A stretch of DNA of 64,000 bases, from assembly GCA_022616555.1 (NCBI GenBank), contig JAKEEG010000066.1, positions 1,702 through 65,701 of the forward strand, read 5' to 3'. Position 1 is the stretch's first letter. Each line of letters begins with the position of its first letter. The DNA is from Ignavibacteriota bacterium (GTDB taxonomy: Bacteria; Bacteroidota; Ignavibacteria; UBA10030). A program made the position numbers and the translations under genes. The notes below the pieces were generated by a model. The model made no database searches. It was not told the DNA's origin and saw nothing but the letters and a program-made list of their open reading frames with translations. Below, piece after piece: positions 37,113-46,355 of this stretch.

Positions 37113-37868
37113 TCACAATCCAATCATCAATGTCACAGTAAAGTAAAGTGCACCGATACTTCTGCTATTATTGATGAAATGGTCGCTATCACCTGCGGCA
37201 TAAAGCGGGTCAGACTCATCGTTGAGAGCGAGATAAGAATCGAGACGCCGGTCGTTCGTTAAGTTGGGGTCCTCCCACTGTTTGCCGAACAGATTCATCG
37301 CTTCATAATGCGCGGCGATATCGAGATTCATGACCGGTCCAAGGCTCAATTGTGCGCCGACTGTTCCGCCTAACCCGACGCGCGTTGCGGACTGAAGCTC
37401 GTACGTGCCACTTGAGACCTGAGAGATTCCCTGCAGCACCGTCTCACCGTTAATGATATGCACACCAACGTGCGCACCTAAGTACGGTGTGATGGGCGCG
37501 GCTGGGAGGGAGATGCTGAATTCAGGTCCCGCCTTGAACGAGAGGATGCTGTGTGAAACCTCCATCTTCCCCTGTCCGGGCTCCGATTCACCGGTATTGC
37601 TGAAGGACGAGTATCCGATTTCTCCGGCGACTCGCAAGCCTAATAATCCGACGCGTGCTTTACCATGCACATTATAACCCGTTGACATGCCGTAGGCTGA
37701 CCCGGCGTAGTGGTCGATTGTTGATCCGCCGTAATCGCCCTGCGGCAAGCCAATGCCAAGTCCAACCCCGCCCTGAAGCGTGATCTGCGCGGCAACGGGT
37801 ATCGTGCCGAGCGCAAGCGCCATAAAGACTATTGCCAGGAGCACAGTTCGTGATAGTACGAGATTCAT
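37113..37868 (-). CDS. outer membrane beta-barrel protein (OmpA-like porin family)
   Basis: 251 aa with a signal peptide, alternating hydrophobic beta-strand pattern and a C-terminal aromatic residue. Confidence 0.65.
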   Translation of the reverse strand: MNLVLSRTVLLAIVFMALALGTIPVAAQITLQGGVGLGIGLPQGDYGGSTIDHYAGSAYGMSTGYNVHGKARVGLLGLRVAGEIGYSSFSNTGESEPGQGKMEVSHSILSFKAGPEFSISLPAAPITPYLGAHVGVHIINGETVLQGISQVSSGTYELQSATRVGLGGTVGAQLSLGPVMNLDIAAHYEAMNLFGKQWEDPNLTNDRRLDSYLALNDESDPLYAAGDSDHFINNSRSIGALYFTVTLMIGL

Positions 37869-38031
37869 ATCAGTTCTCCTCTGTTTGCATGAGAGTACAT
37901 CGTTTGTGGTTCACATCAAACGTCAATGTACTTCACGCGCAAAGAATAGCCTATGACGGCGCGCAAGCATAAAGTGCACTTTAAATAGCTGAATAAGTGG
38001 CTTTTGTTGTGACGCGCAGTTGGTTTTTTTT

Positions 38032-38568
38032 CTATTCAAAATACCCTGTGTAAGTCCACTCGCGTCGTCTGCCAGTTTCGTCTATATACACAGTAATGGT
38101 ATTGAGTTCGTCCAACTTGGAAACTCCAGTGAATCTAATTGTATCTTTTAAAGCCACGGTTACACGGTACACACCATTTTCTGTTTCAGCCATCTCCTCG
38201 GGAATTTCGTAACCGAGATAGGAACCTGCGCCACCACCTTCGGAAGCCGGAAGAGTACGATACTGATAGGCGTTTGCACAAAGGTTGTTCAGTTCATTAA
38301 TCATACCATCTTTGTTCCAGCTAATACTTTGAGCGCTGAACATGCTTAAACCGACGGCAATCGCGATGCCAATGATAATTATCGTAAAAACACCAAAGAA
38401 TGTCCCGACAATACCAAGTATCATACCGCCTTGAGTCAAACCTTTTGCGCTGGCAGCTATAAGTCCAGCGCGGATTTTTTTCAAATCACTGTTGCCCATC
38501 ACCCACGCAGGGATTCCAAGGAAAGGTCCAAAGAGCAGTACGCTCAGAATGCCAAAAGTGAGTATCAT
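38032..38568 (-). CDS. DUF4190-like membrane protein with C-terminal soluble domain
   Basis: 178 aa with N-terminal TM helices in a pattern typical of DUF4190. The gene is AT-rich relative to its neighbours. Confidence 0.5.
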   Translation of the reverse strand: MILTFGILSVLLFGPFLGIPAWVMGNSDLKKIRAGLIAASAKGLTQGGMILGIVGTFFGVFTIIIIGIAIAVGLSMFSAQSISWNKDGMINELNNLCANAYQYRTLPASEGGGAGSYLGYEIPEEMAETENGVYRVTVALKDTIRFTGVSKLDELNTITVYIDETGRRREWTYTGYFE

Positions 38569-38768
38569 TGCGCCGCGACCGGGATCTGTTGCTTGTGTGC
38601 AGATGACTGAGGATTTTGTTGTGGGGTTGTCATCGAGAATTACTCACTTTTGTGTGGAAGATTGCTCGGCTGTTATTCTATCGTTGAACGGTTGTACATA
38701 ACAATCCCCCCCTCGCTGTAGATATACAGAGAGGACACGCTCTGCCCAAAAAATATTAAGCTGCTCAG

Positions 38769-39239
38769 TTATTTATTCAAAACCAGACAGCTCGCCATCA
38801 TGTCGTGCAGGCCTTGCTTTTTCTCCGTGAACGCCACCATAATATAGCCGATGTAGATGATCAGTCCGGAGAGAATTTTTCCGAAGTACCTGCCAGTCGC
38901 GCGTCCGAAGGAAATCCGGTTGCCGTTCATATCGGTAACGACAATGCCGAGCGCCATCTTGCCGAGCGTCGCCTGCTTGCTGGAAGACTCCATCAGAGCG
39001 AAGTAGAGCCATTGGAGAACAAAAAAGATGAGGCCAACGAGCATCATGCCTCCGAAAATACCGGCAGCCATAGCGGCTTGTTCTTCTTCACTCATGTATT
39101 GCATATCCTCGGCGTTCATCGAAGCAAATCCGGCTAAGCCGACGCCGAAGACCATCATCACAATGACGCATACAGCGCCAATAAGAATACCGTCGATAAG
39201 GTAAGCGGCGAACCGCTTCCAGAATCCTGCGTATGACAT
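38769..39239 (-). CDS. RDD family membrane protein
   Basis: 156 aa with the RDD-family motifs RFAAYLIDGILI and GLHDMMASCLV. Confidence 0.75.
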   Translation of the reverse strand: MSYAGFWKRFAAYLIDGILIGAVCVIVMMVFGVGLAGFASMNAEDMQYMSEEEQAAMAAGIFGGMMLVGLIFFVLQWLYFALMESSSKQATLGKMALGIVVTDMNGNRISFGRATGRYFGKILSGLIIYIGYIMVAFTEKKQGLHDMMASCLVLNK

Positions 39240-39302
39240 AACATACCTCCCGAAGTTGTGAATGGATGTACGGTACGAACGACTGGTTAAGGTGTGCGTA
39301 TG

Positions 39303-39785
39303 TTAAAAATTAGTTGAAAAGGAAAAGGATATTAGCTGTTTCCTTTCAACGTCGTCAAGTAATGTGCCTGAACTTGATCTTGATGTCATATTGTATTTTG
39401 TAACAGCCTCTTTCATCATCGACTTTGCATTGACGTCGAGAACGATGGCTGCGACAATGACTACACCACCGGCTACTGCCAATGCAGTATTAGACGGTTT
39501 TGATGCTAATCCGTAGCCGACAGAAAAACCACCCGCAAAAGAAAAAACATCTGCAATTGTCGATTGAGTATAACCGGATGAGTACAAAGCATATATCGAG
39601 GGATCGGGAGACGATTGTAGCATCTGTGTAAACTCTGCTGATGTAATCTCTTGATTCCCTCTTTTGTAGGACAACCCCCAAAATCCTTCATCAAATGCCA
39701 ATGTGTCCGTCCGTGAAGTCTGGGTTAAAAGACTCGGTGAATATAACAAGAGAAACAATATCAGTATAGATGTTGATTTAAACAT
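39303..39785 (-). CDS. hypothetical membrane/secreted protein
   Basis: The start is placed at 39785 (MFKSTSILILFLLLYS, a signal peptide, with GGAGAAAAAAAT upstream). There is a C-terminal TM segment. The gene is AT-rich. Confidence 0.45.
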   Translation of the reverse strand: MFKSTSILILFLLLYSPSLLTQTSRTDTLAFDEGFWGLSYKRGNQEITSAEFTQMLQSSPDPSIYALYSSGYTQSTIADVFSFAGGFSVGYGLASKPSNTALAVAGGVVIVAAIVLDVNAKSMMKEAVTKYNMTSRSSSGTLLDDVERKQLISFSFSTNF

Positions 39786-39939
39786 ATTTTTTTCTCCATA
39801 GACGATTGATTTTTTCTTACACACTAACGGACTGGGCTAACCGCTACTCATTGAAGCTTGAGTTCAATTCGCTCATCATCCATCAAGATGATCGACTGAT
39901 CCAGAACTTGTTGACCGGTAATATCCTTGTTCTTGTACT

Positions 39940-40797
39940 TCAGAACGGTTTCCCTGGGAATGAGGAAACGGTAGAGGACATTTGTGCCGGCTGAGTATGT
40001 TTCTGCAAAACTCTTTGCCTCTCCAACAATGGAAAGGTCGTAGCCGTAAAAGGCCTCTGAATCTCCGAGCTGCTCATGAAGGGGGCAAGCGCTCTTTTGA
40101 CGACCTCGTCAAACAATGTTTTCGCTATATCATATTTACTCAGTTTTAAGGAATTATACGTATTAGTGTCGATAAATTTGAGTGTGAGATACTTTTTCTC
40201 TTTAAAAGACACGATTTGTATTGTTTGAACTTCCATGTAGGTATCGGAACGAATGCTTGACCGTAATGTGTCGATGATATTAAGGATATTCGCTTTGAGC
40301 GCCATCCCTTCCTGGGATGCGAGAAAATCGGGGTCAAAATAGTCGGTTGGTTTTACCAGCTCTACGGTTTCGAATGCAGTTGGTTTTTCGAGAGAGTAGT
40401 CTTCACCGTATTCTGCGTTCAGCGTCCCGCTCTTTTCGTAGTATCCATCCTTAGTGACCCTGTAATGGAGTTCCGATCTGTACGACCTTGGGTACTCATC
40501 TCCCGGTGCGGCGGTTGCACGGAATGATATGGAGATGAGCCCATCCGAATTGGTCATGACTGTTGTGTCTTGAACAAGTCTGTTAAGGTCAAAGGCAGAA
40601 TAATGAACAGATACACTCTCAGCGGGAAGTCCATAAACATCCACAATCGATAACGTATAGGTGTGGGTTACTGGTAGAGCCGGTTTTCTCTGAGGAATGT
40701 ACGTGAGATCGTACGGGGCGCAACCCGCGCTCACATAGAATGCGCCTACTCCGAGTACAAATCCCCAAAGAGTAAGGAGGAATTTTTGATTCTTCAT
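39940..40797 (-). CDS. hypothetical lipoprotein (odd low-complexity C-terminal tail; possible frameshift or decay)
   Basis: 285 aa with a signal peptide and lipobox-like VSAGC. The body is AT-rich, whereas the last roughly 50 codons are GC-rich and low-complexity. Confidence 0.4.
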   Translation of the reverse strand: MKNQKFLLTLWGFVLGVGAFYVSAGCAPYDLTYIPQRKPALPVTHTYTLSIVDVYGLPAESVSVHYSAFDLNRLVQDTTVMTNSDGLISISFRATAAPGDEYPRSYRSELHYRVTKDGYYEKSGTLNAEYGEDYSLEKPTAFETVELVKPTDYFDPDFLASQEGMALKANILNIIDTLRSSIRSDTYMEVQTIQIVSFKEKKYLTLKFIDTNTYNSLKLSKYDIAKTLFDEVVKRALAPFMSSSEIQRPFTATTFPLLERQRVLQKHTQPAQMSSTVSSFPGKPF

Positions 40798-40823
40798 AGA
40801 CTTTCATCGTCCCCAAACATCAG

Positions 40824-41279
40824 TTAGAACCATTGCTTTTTCTGGACGACGTACTCCTGCTCAAACTCCTCGTCGGTTTTTGTGAGATACAGGATTCCTT
40901 CAACAAGCGCGATGACGCCGAGAACAATGTTCGGAATAAACAACAGGATCCACGTGACGGCAAAGCCTATGGTGTTCGTCAGCAGGTACACGAGTCCGGG
41001 ACCCGTGAAGCCCAGATAAAATTTATGGATGCCCCATCCGCCCAGAAGAATGGCGAGGAGTCCCGCGGCGACTTTGTTTTTCGACCCTCCCGTTGAGCCG
41101 ATGGCAACATATACGGCCTTCGCCTGGTTCTTTTCGATTTCGAAATCAACAGTCATGCCGCGTAGCGGGGTGCCGGTGCCTTTCCACTCGGAGCCGACAA
41201 ACGTGTAGCGCTTACCGTCTGTAGCTGAGATGGTGCCGCTGTTGGATTGAATGGTGAAGTCGAGGATTTGGCCTTTCAT
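40824..41279 (-). CDS. TM2 domain-containing protein with N-terminal small beta-rich cytoplasmic domain
   Basis: 151 aa. The C-terminal region GGWGIHKFYLG, followed by two TM helices, is the TM2 domain signature. Confidence 0.7.
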   Translation of the reverse strand: MKGQILDFTIQSNSGTISATDGKRYTFVGSEWKGTGTPLRGMTVDFEIEKNQAKAVYVAIGSTGGSKNKVAAGLLAILLGGWGIHKFYLGFTGPGLVYLLTNTIGFAVTWILLFIPNIVLGVIALVEGILYLTKTDEEFEQEYVVQKKQWF

Positions 41280-41374
41280 GCGTTCTCCTTACTGAGTAAA
41301 GACGGCATACGGTGCGAAAAGCTATGCCAAATGTAGAGAATGGCTTTTTGAAAGTCAATGTCTTTGACCTACAA

Positions 41375-41405
41375 AACCTGTGAGGTTTCTGAAACCTCGC
41401 AGGTT
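41375..41405 (-). terminator. hairpin AACCTGCGAGGTTT-ca-GAAACCTCACAGGTT (minus strand) just after the NFACT gene stop
   Basis: An inverted repeat with one G-U position. It shares the ACCTGCGAGGT core with the hairpin at 2806-2839. Confidence 0.5.
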
Positions 41406-41412
41406 TATAGTG

Positions 41413-43080
41413 TTATTCAGGTAATCTCGGTTCTGCGAAAATTGTTTTCTCGCGTTCCAGCATAACTGTACCGGCGCGTGCGCCCTTCGGTTTTCGGACG
41501 TATTTCCGCTCGGTCATCGCGACGGGCACAAGCTTGGCATTTTTCATCTTACTATAGTAAGCGGCTATGCCTGCCGCTTGTTGGATGGCAAGCTTGCTTG
41601 GGTTGCCGTTTGCCGTCCCGATTTTTAACACGACGTGCGAACCGCTTGCGCCGCGCGCGTGGAACCACAAATCGTCCGGCTTCGCGTATTTCATCGTCAA
41701 CAGGTCGTTGTTCTCGCTGCTCTTGCCAGCCCAGACCTGAAATCCGCCGGAGACGGTGAAGACACGAAACGGCAGAGGCTCCTCTCGTTTTGTTGCTTTC
41801 GTGCTTGCGAGCTTGTATCCCAGCTCTGCTAAGCTTTCAGTGTGTCTGGAAAGGAATTCTTTATACTCATCCGGCTCATCGACCTCGTCAAGGGCATCAA
41901 GCAAAGTCCGGAGAGCATTACGACGGCGCTCGAGCTCTTCCTTGCGCTCGCCTGATTCCTCCGACCGGTGCCGGCTCTTCTTCGCTTTGTCGAAGTATCG
42001 CTCGGCATTTTTTGCAGGGGTAAGCCCAGGCTCGAGTGCGATAGTTAGCGTTTCGCGGGAGGGCGAAAAGATGTTCTCCAGCTCGATGCTTTTCATGCCT
42101 TTAGAAATTGCATGGAGATTCGCCATCAGCAACTTGCCCGATGTCTCGTAAAGCGAGGCGCGGGCGGCGGATTGTTCTTCCTCTACTATTTTCGCGAGCG
42201 CCCGTTCTGCTTTGGTAAGCGCCTGCTCAAGATACAGTGCAAGCGGCTTTTTCTCGTCTTGAAATCCCTTTGCTCGTTGCGAAGAGCTGAGGAATATTCG
42301 TATCGCCTCGTGAATGGAATCATATTCCTCGCACCGCAGATGAGCGAGGTGGCGTAATTCTATAATAGAGAATGTCTCGGCTTTATTCCCCTCAAAGTAT
42401 ATGCGGGGGGAGGGATGTTGAGCCAACGTCATGAGAGTTTCATTACTCGTTTCAAACAACCGCTGAGCATTGTCGGATGTGAGATGTGAGATATGGGTAT
42501 CTGGTTCTAAGTCCGCGCGATGAATAATTTCGCGCACTGCTTCCGAGCCGAAGGATGGAAAACATCGCTTGAGCGCGGGTTGCAGCTCGGCGTCGCTCGA
42601 TATGAGGGCCTTGTGAAATTCATCGGCGCTTTGGGGAGGCGTGAATGGCCTTCGTTCGCCAAGGCTTTTGCCCGCGTACTCTTTGCGTTTGAGGAATGAG
42701 TCTTCGATGATCCCGTCTTTCACAAGCAGGACATTCGATTTTGCTCCGAACAATTGCGCGATGAGCGAATATTGCCGGTCAGTATGAAATACAACCTGCC
42801 TGTCGGAGGGATGTATTGTTACCTCGCTGAGTCGCGCTCCATGAAGTTTTTTAAAGAGGTCGACAGAGTTGCGTTTTGCCCGAGGAAATTCGTCTCGGCG
42901 CAGAATGTAATTCCGCACCGGGTCACAAGAGAGGATCACATGACACTCGCTCGTATTCCACTCGCAAGAGATAACAAGCTCGTCGCGATATTGGGTAAAA
43001 ATCTGAGCAATAACAGACCCGGAAAGCGTTCGGTTCAAGTCCTGTGCAATGAATCGTAGTGTGTAATAGTTCGTGAGCAT
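41413..43080 (-). CDS. NFACT family protein (RqcH / FbpA-like, ribosome quality control)
   Basis: It has an NFACT-N domain (MLTNYYTLRFIAQDL...) and a C-terminal DUF814/NFACT-R domain (FRVFTVSGGFQVWAGKSSENNDLLT...WFHARGASGSHVVLK). The start is placed at 43080. The ORF-track extension to 43626 overlaps yicC and is rejected. Confidence 0.8.
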   Translation of the reverse strand: MLTNYYTLRFIAQDLNRTLSGSVIAQIFTQYRDELVISCEWNTSECHVILSCDPVRNYILRRDEFPRAKRNSVDLFKKLHGARLSEVTIHPSDRQVVFHTDRQYSLIAQLFGAKSNVLLVKDGIIEDSFLKRKEYAGKSLGERRPFTPPQSADEFHKALISSDAELQPALKRCFPSFGSEAVREIIHRADLEPDTHISHLTSDNAQRLFETSNETLMTLAQHPSPRIYFEGNKAETFSIIELRHLAHLRCEEYDSIHEAIRIFLSSSQRAKGFQDEKKPLALYLEQALTKAERALAKIVEEEQSAARASLYETSGKLLMANLHAISKGMKSIELENIFSPSRETLTIALEPGLTPAKNAERYFDKAKKSRHRSEESGERKEELERRRNALRTLLDALDEVDEPDEYKEFLSRHTESLAELGYKLASTKATKREEPLPFRVFTVSGGFQVWAGKSSENNDLLTMKYAKPDDLWFHARGASGSHVVLKIGTANGNPSKLAIQQAAGIAAYYSKMKNAKLVPVAMTERKYVRKPKGARAGTVMLEREKTIFAEPRLPE

Positions 43081-43212
43081 AGGCTGATAGGAAAAAGTCC
43101 ATAAATTTCGATGGAAAAGCAATGCAAGGCGATAAACTTTATCTTGCTGGCGCATCAATTTTTCCGTACATTTATACTCTGAAATCGTTGAACGCGAAAG
43201 GGAAGTCCCAGC

Positions 43213-44094
43213 GTGATTACCAGCATGACCGGCTACGGCCGGGCGGATGTAACAAAAAAAGGGGTTACGGCTCGAGTCGAAGTGCGCGGTGTGAATAGCC
43301 GCTACCTTGAGGTCACGCCGCGTATGCCGCGCTCGCTTTCCCTTCGTGAGAATGACGTCAAAGAAATTATCCGGGGCTACATCAACCGCGGAAAAGTCAA
43401 TGTGCAGGTGACGCTGGACTCCTCCTCGAACGGATCCGCGCCGCTCAAAATAAACGTCGACGCCGCGAAGTCGTACTACAAACTGCTGGAACAGCTCCGC
43501 AAGGGAGTGAAGCTCAAAGAGCAGGTCAACTTGAGCCACCTCTTGCAGTTTTCCGAAGTCCTCTCCGCCACGGAGGAAACCGAAGCGGGTGAAAAAGAGT
43601 GGCAGGCTGTGGAACAGGCGCTTCATAAGGCGATGAAGGACTTCAACGAGATGCGCCAGAAGGAAGGCAAAGAGCTTTCAAAAGATTTTAAGAAGCGCAT
43701 CGAGTGGATGGGCGATACGGTGGGTAAGATTGAAACGCTTTCGAAAGAGCGCATCCCCGAAGAGCGTAAGCGCCTGCAGGAGCGCGTTGAGCAGCTCCTC
43801 GAAGATAAGTCAGTACTCGACCAGAAGCGGCTGGAGCTGGAGCTGATTTTGTTAGCAGATAAGCTGGACGTGACCGAAGAATGCGTTCGGTACAGAAGCC
43901 ATAACAAATTTTTCCTTGAAGCGATGGCGAACGAGGACTCCGCCGGCAGGAAATTGAATTTCCTCGTGCAGGAGATGAACCGCGAGGCGAACACGATGGG
44001 CGCGAAGTCCAACGACGCGACAATCGCCCATCTTGTGGTGAAGCTGAAAGAAGAGATCGAAAAAATCCGGGAACAGTTACAGAATATTGAGTAA
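43213..44094 (+). CDS. yicC: YicC/YloC family stress-induced protein
   Basis: 293 aa with the start MITSMTGYGRA and a C-terminal DUF1732 region. Confidence 0.85.
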   Translation: MITSMTGYGRADVTKKGVTARVEVRGVNSRYLEVTPRMPRSLSLRENDVKEIIRGYINRGKVNVQVTLDSSSNGSAPLKINVDAAKSYYKLLEQLRKGVKLKEQVNLSHLLQFSEVLSATEETEAGEKEWQAVEQALHKAMKDFNEMRQKEGKELSKDFKKRIEWMGDTVGKIETLSKERIPEERKRLQERVEQLLEDKSVLDQKRLELELILLADKLDVTEECVRYRSHNKFFLEAMANEDSAGRKLNFLVQEMNREANTMGAKSNDATIAHLVVKLKEEIEKIREQLQNIE

Positions 44095-44096
44095 CT

Positions 44097-44690
44097 ATGA
44101 GCCGGGGCAAACTCATCGTCTTGGCTGCGCCCAGCGGGTCGGGCAAGACGACCATCGCGAAGAAGATTCTCCAGCGGTACCCGGCGATGACGTTTTCGAT
44201 TTCCGTAACGACGCGTCCTCAGCGAAGCGGAGAGATGCACGGCAAGGATTATTTTTTCCTGAGTGTTGCGGAATTTGAGAAAAAGATTAATAGCGGTGAG
44301 CTGGTGGAGTGGGAGCGGTATCCCGACGCGCAGCACGGCAACTACTACGGCACGTTGAAAAGCGAAGTGGACCGTGCTCTGAACGCAGGCACAGTGATGC
44401 TCTTCGACGTCGATGTGAAGGGAGCGCTCTCGATTAAAAAAATCTACGGCAACGATGCGGTGTTGATTTTCATCAAGCCGCCGAATCTTGAGGAGCTGCG
44501 CCAGCGATTGCTCAATAGAAAGACGGAAGACGAAGAGGCGCTCCGCAGCAGGCTGAACCGGGTGCCGATGGAAATGGAGATGGGCAAGTCGTTCGATTTT
44601 CAAATCATTAACGACAAGCTCGAAACAGCGATTGCAGAGATAGAAGATATTATTACGAAGCATACGAATTTAGAAATCATTCCTAAGTAA
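44097..44690 (+). CDS. gmk: guanylate kinase
   Basis: 197 aa with a P-loop (LAAPSGSGKTT) and the conserved yicC-gmk-rpoZ context. Confidence 0.9.
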   Translation: MSRGKLIVLAAPSGSGKTTIAKKILQRYPAMTFSISVTTRPQRSGEMHGKDYFFLSVAEFEKKINSGELVEWERYPDAQHGNYYGTLKSEVDRALNAGTVMLFDVDVKGALSIKKIYGNDAVLIFIKPPNLEELRQRLLNRKTEDEEALRSRLNRVPMEMEMGKSFDFQIINDKLETAIAEIEDIITKHTNLEIIPK

Positions 44691-44713
44691 CCACGTAAAC
44701 AAAAGGAGCAGCA

Positions 44714-45064
44714 ATGGCAGTACAACCTGTGGACATGGAAAAATTTTACAGCAACATCGGCGATGTGTATGAAGCGATCGTCATCACGGCGAAACGCGCC
44801 CGGCAAATTCACTCGGAGGTTAAAATCGAGTTGAATCAGCGGCTGGAAACTATCCAGCAGCTGACGTCGATGACCGAGACGGAAGAGGAGCTGAACGGGA
44901 CCGTGAACATGAACCCCGACCAGCTGAAAATCAGTCTTGAGTTCGAAACGCGTCCGAAGTCGACCGAGCTTGCGCTGAATGAGGTGATGGACCAAAAGGT
45001 TCAATTCCGCTACAAAGAGTCCGAGCAGAAACCAACCGCCGGAACTGAAGCTGACAGCGAGTAA
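44714..45064 (+). CDS. rpoZ: DNA-directed RNA polymerase subunit omega
   Basis: 116 aa with a conserved core (YEAIVITAKRARQI) and the expected position after gmk. Confidence 0.8.
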   Translation: MAVQPVDMEKFYSNIGDVYEAIVITAKRARQIHSEVKIELNQRLETIQQLTSMTETEEELNGTVNMNPDQLKISLEFETRPKSTELALNEVMDQKVQFRYKESEQKPTAGTEADSE

Positions 45065-45072
45065 CAAACGCC

Positions 45073-46281
45073 ATGCTGCGCGGCAAGCACATATTGCTTG
45101 GCGTTACCGGCGGCATCGCAGCGTATAAGTCGTGCTACCTCGTTCGCGAACTGCGGCGCGCCGGCGCCGATGTCAAAGTGGTGATGACGAACTCCGCAAG
45201 GAAGTTTGTCGCACCCCTCACCTTCTCGGCGCTATCCGGACATGAAGTCGAGCTCGACCTCTGGACGAACACCCAAACAGGCACCGGCGATATCGGCACG
45301 CGGCACGTCGGGCTTGCCAACTGGGCGGATATTATTATTATCGCGCCCGCAACTGCCACCACCATCGCAAGACTCACACACGGACTGGCGGATAATTTGT
45401 TGACTGTGACTGTCCTTGCAGCGCGCAGCCCGGTGGTGCTTTCCCCCGCGATGGACGCGGACATGTATCTCAACCCCGTTACCGCCCAGAACCTGGCAAC
45501 CTTGCGTGAGCGCGGGTTCTTTGTTATTCCGCCGGAAGAAGGCGAGCTCGCAAGCGGGTTGGTTGGACCAGGCAGGCTTCCTGAAGTGGAAGTCATTGTC
45601 CGCAAGCTTGATGAGATTCTCGCCAATCATCATCTCGACCTCAAGAAAAAGAAAATCCTGATCACTGCAGGTCCGACGTACGAAGCGATTGACCCTGTGC
45701 GTTATATTGGCAATCGCTCGTCCGGCAAAATGGGCTTCGCGTTGGCAAACGCGGCCGCGCTCCGCGGGGCAGACGTGACGCTTGTTACAGGCCCAGTGCA
45801 TTTAGAGACGCCGCGCAACATCAAGCGTATCGACGTCGAATCGGCGCAGGACATGCAGGAGGCGGTCGCGAAGCACGCTAAGTCAGCCGACGTGGTGATT
45901 ATGGCGGCGGCGGTGGCGGATTTTACTCCCGCAATAAAGGCCAAGCATAAAATCAAGAAAAACGGCTCCGAAGGAATGGAGCTCTCCCTCTCCCACACAA
46001 CCGACATCCTCGGCGGCCTGGGCAAACACAAAAACGGCGCGGTACTCGTGGGTTTTGCGTTGGAAACGCAGAATGAGCTTAAGAATGCCAAAGAGAAGTT
46101 GAAGTCGAAGCGCCTCGACATCATCGCGCTCAATTCGCTGAAGGACGAAGGCGTCGCGTTTGGCGCCGACACGAACGTGGTGACGCTCATCGATAAGAAG
46201 GGCAAGACGGAAAAGCTGCCCAAGCTGCCGAAGTTCGACGTCGCCAACGTAATTCTGGACCGAGTCAAAAAATTATTGTAG
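45073..46281 (+). CDS. coaBC: bifunctional phosphopantothenoylcysteine decarboxylase / phosphopantothenate-cysteine ligase
   Basis: 402 aa with an N-terminal flavoprotein domain (ILLGVTGGIAAYK) and a C-terminal CoaB domain. Confidence 0.9.
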   Translation: MLRGKHILLGVTGGIAAYKSCYLVRELRRAGADVKVVMTNSARKFVAPLTFSALSGHEVELDLWTNTQTGTGDIGTRHVGLANWADIIIIAPATATTIARLTHGLADNLLTVTVLAARSPVVLSPAMDADMYLNPVTAQNLATLRERGFFVIPPEEGELASGLVGPGRLPEVEVIVRKLDEILANHHLDLKKKKILITAGPTYEAIDPVRYIGNRSSGKMGFALANAAALRGADVTLVTGPVHLETPRNIKRIDVESAQDMQEAVAKHAKSADVVIMAAAVADFTPAIKAKHKIKKNGSEGMELSLSHTTDILGGLGKHKNGAVLVGFALETQNELKNAKEKLKSKRLDIIALNSLKDEGVAFGADTNVVTLIDKKGKTEKLPKLPKFDVANVILDRVKKLL

Positions 46282-46355
46282 ATTGAGTCATCGGTTCATT
46301 GTTCCATTGACTCAATGAATCATGAATCAATGTTACAATTTGTTTTATCTTTTAC

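Noticed and set aside
43081-43626. 5' extension of the NFACT ORF (MKRLFHSLPLFF...)
   Set aside because: It overlaps yicC on the opposite strand and has no family resemblance.
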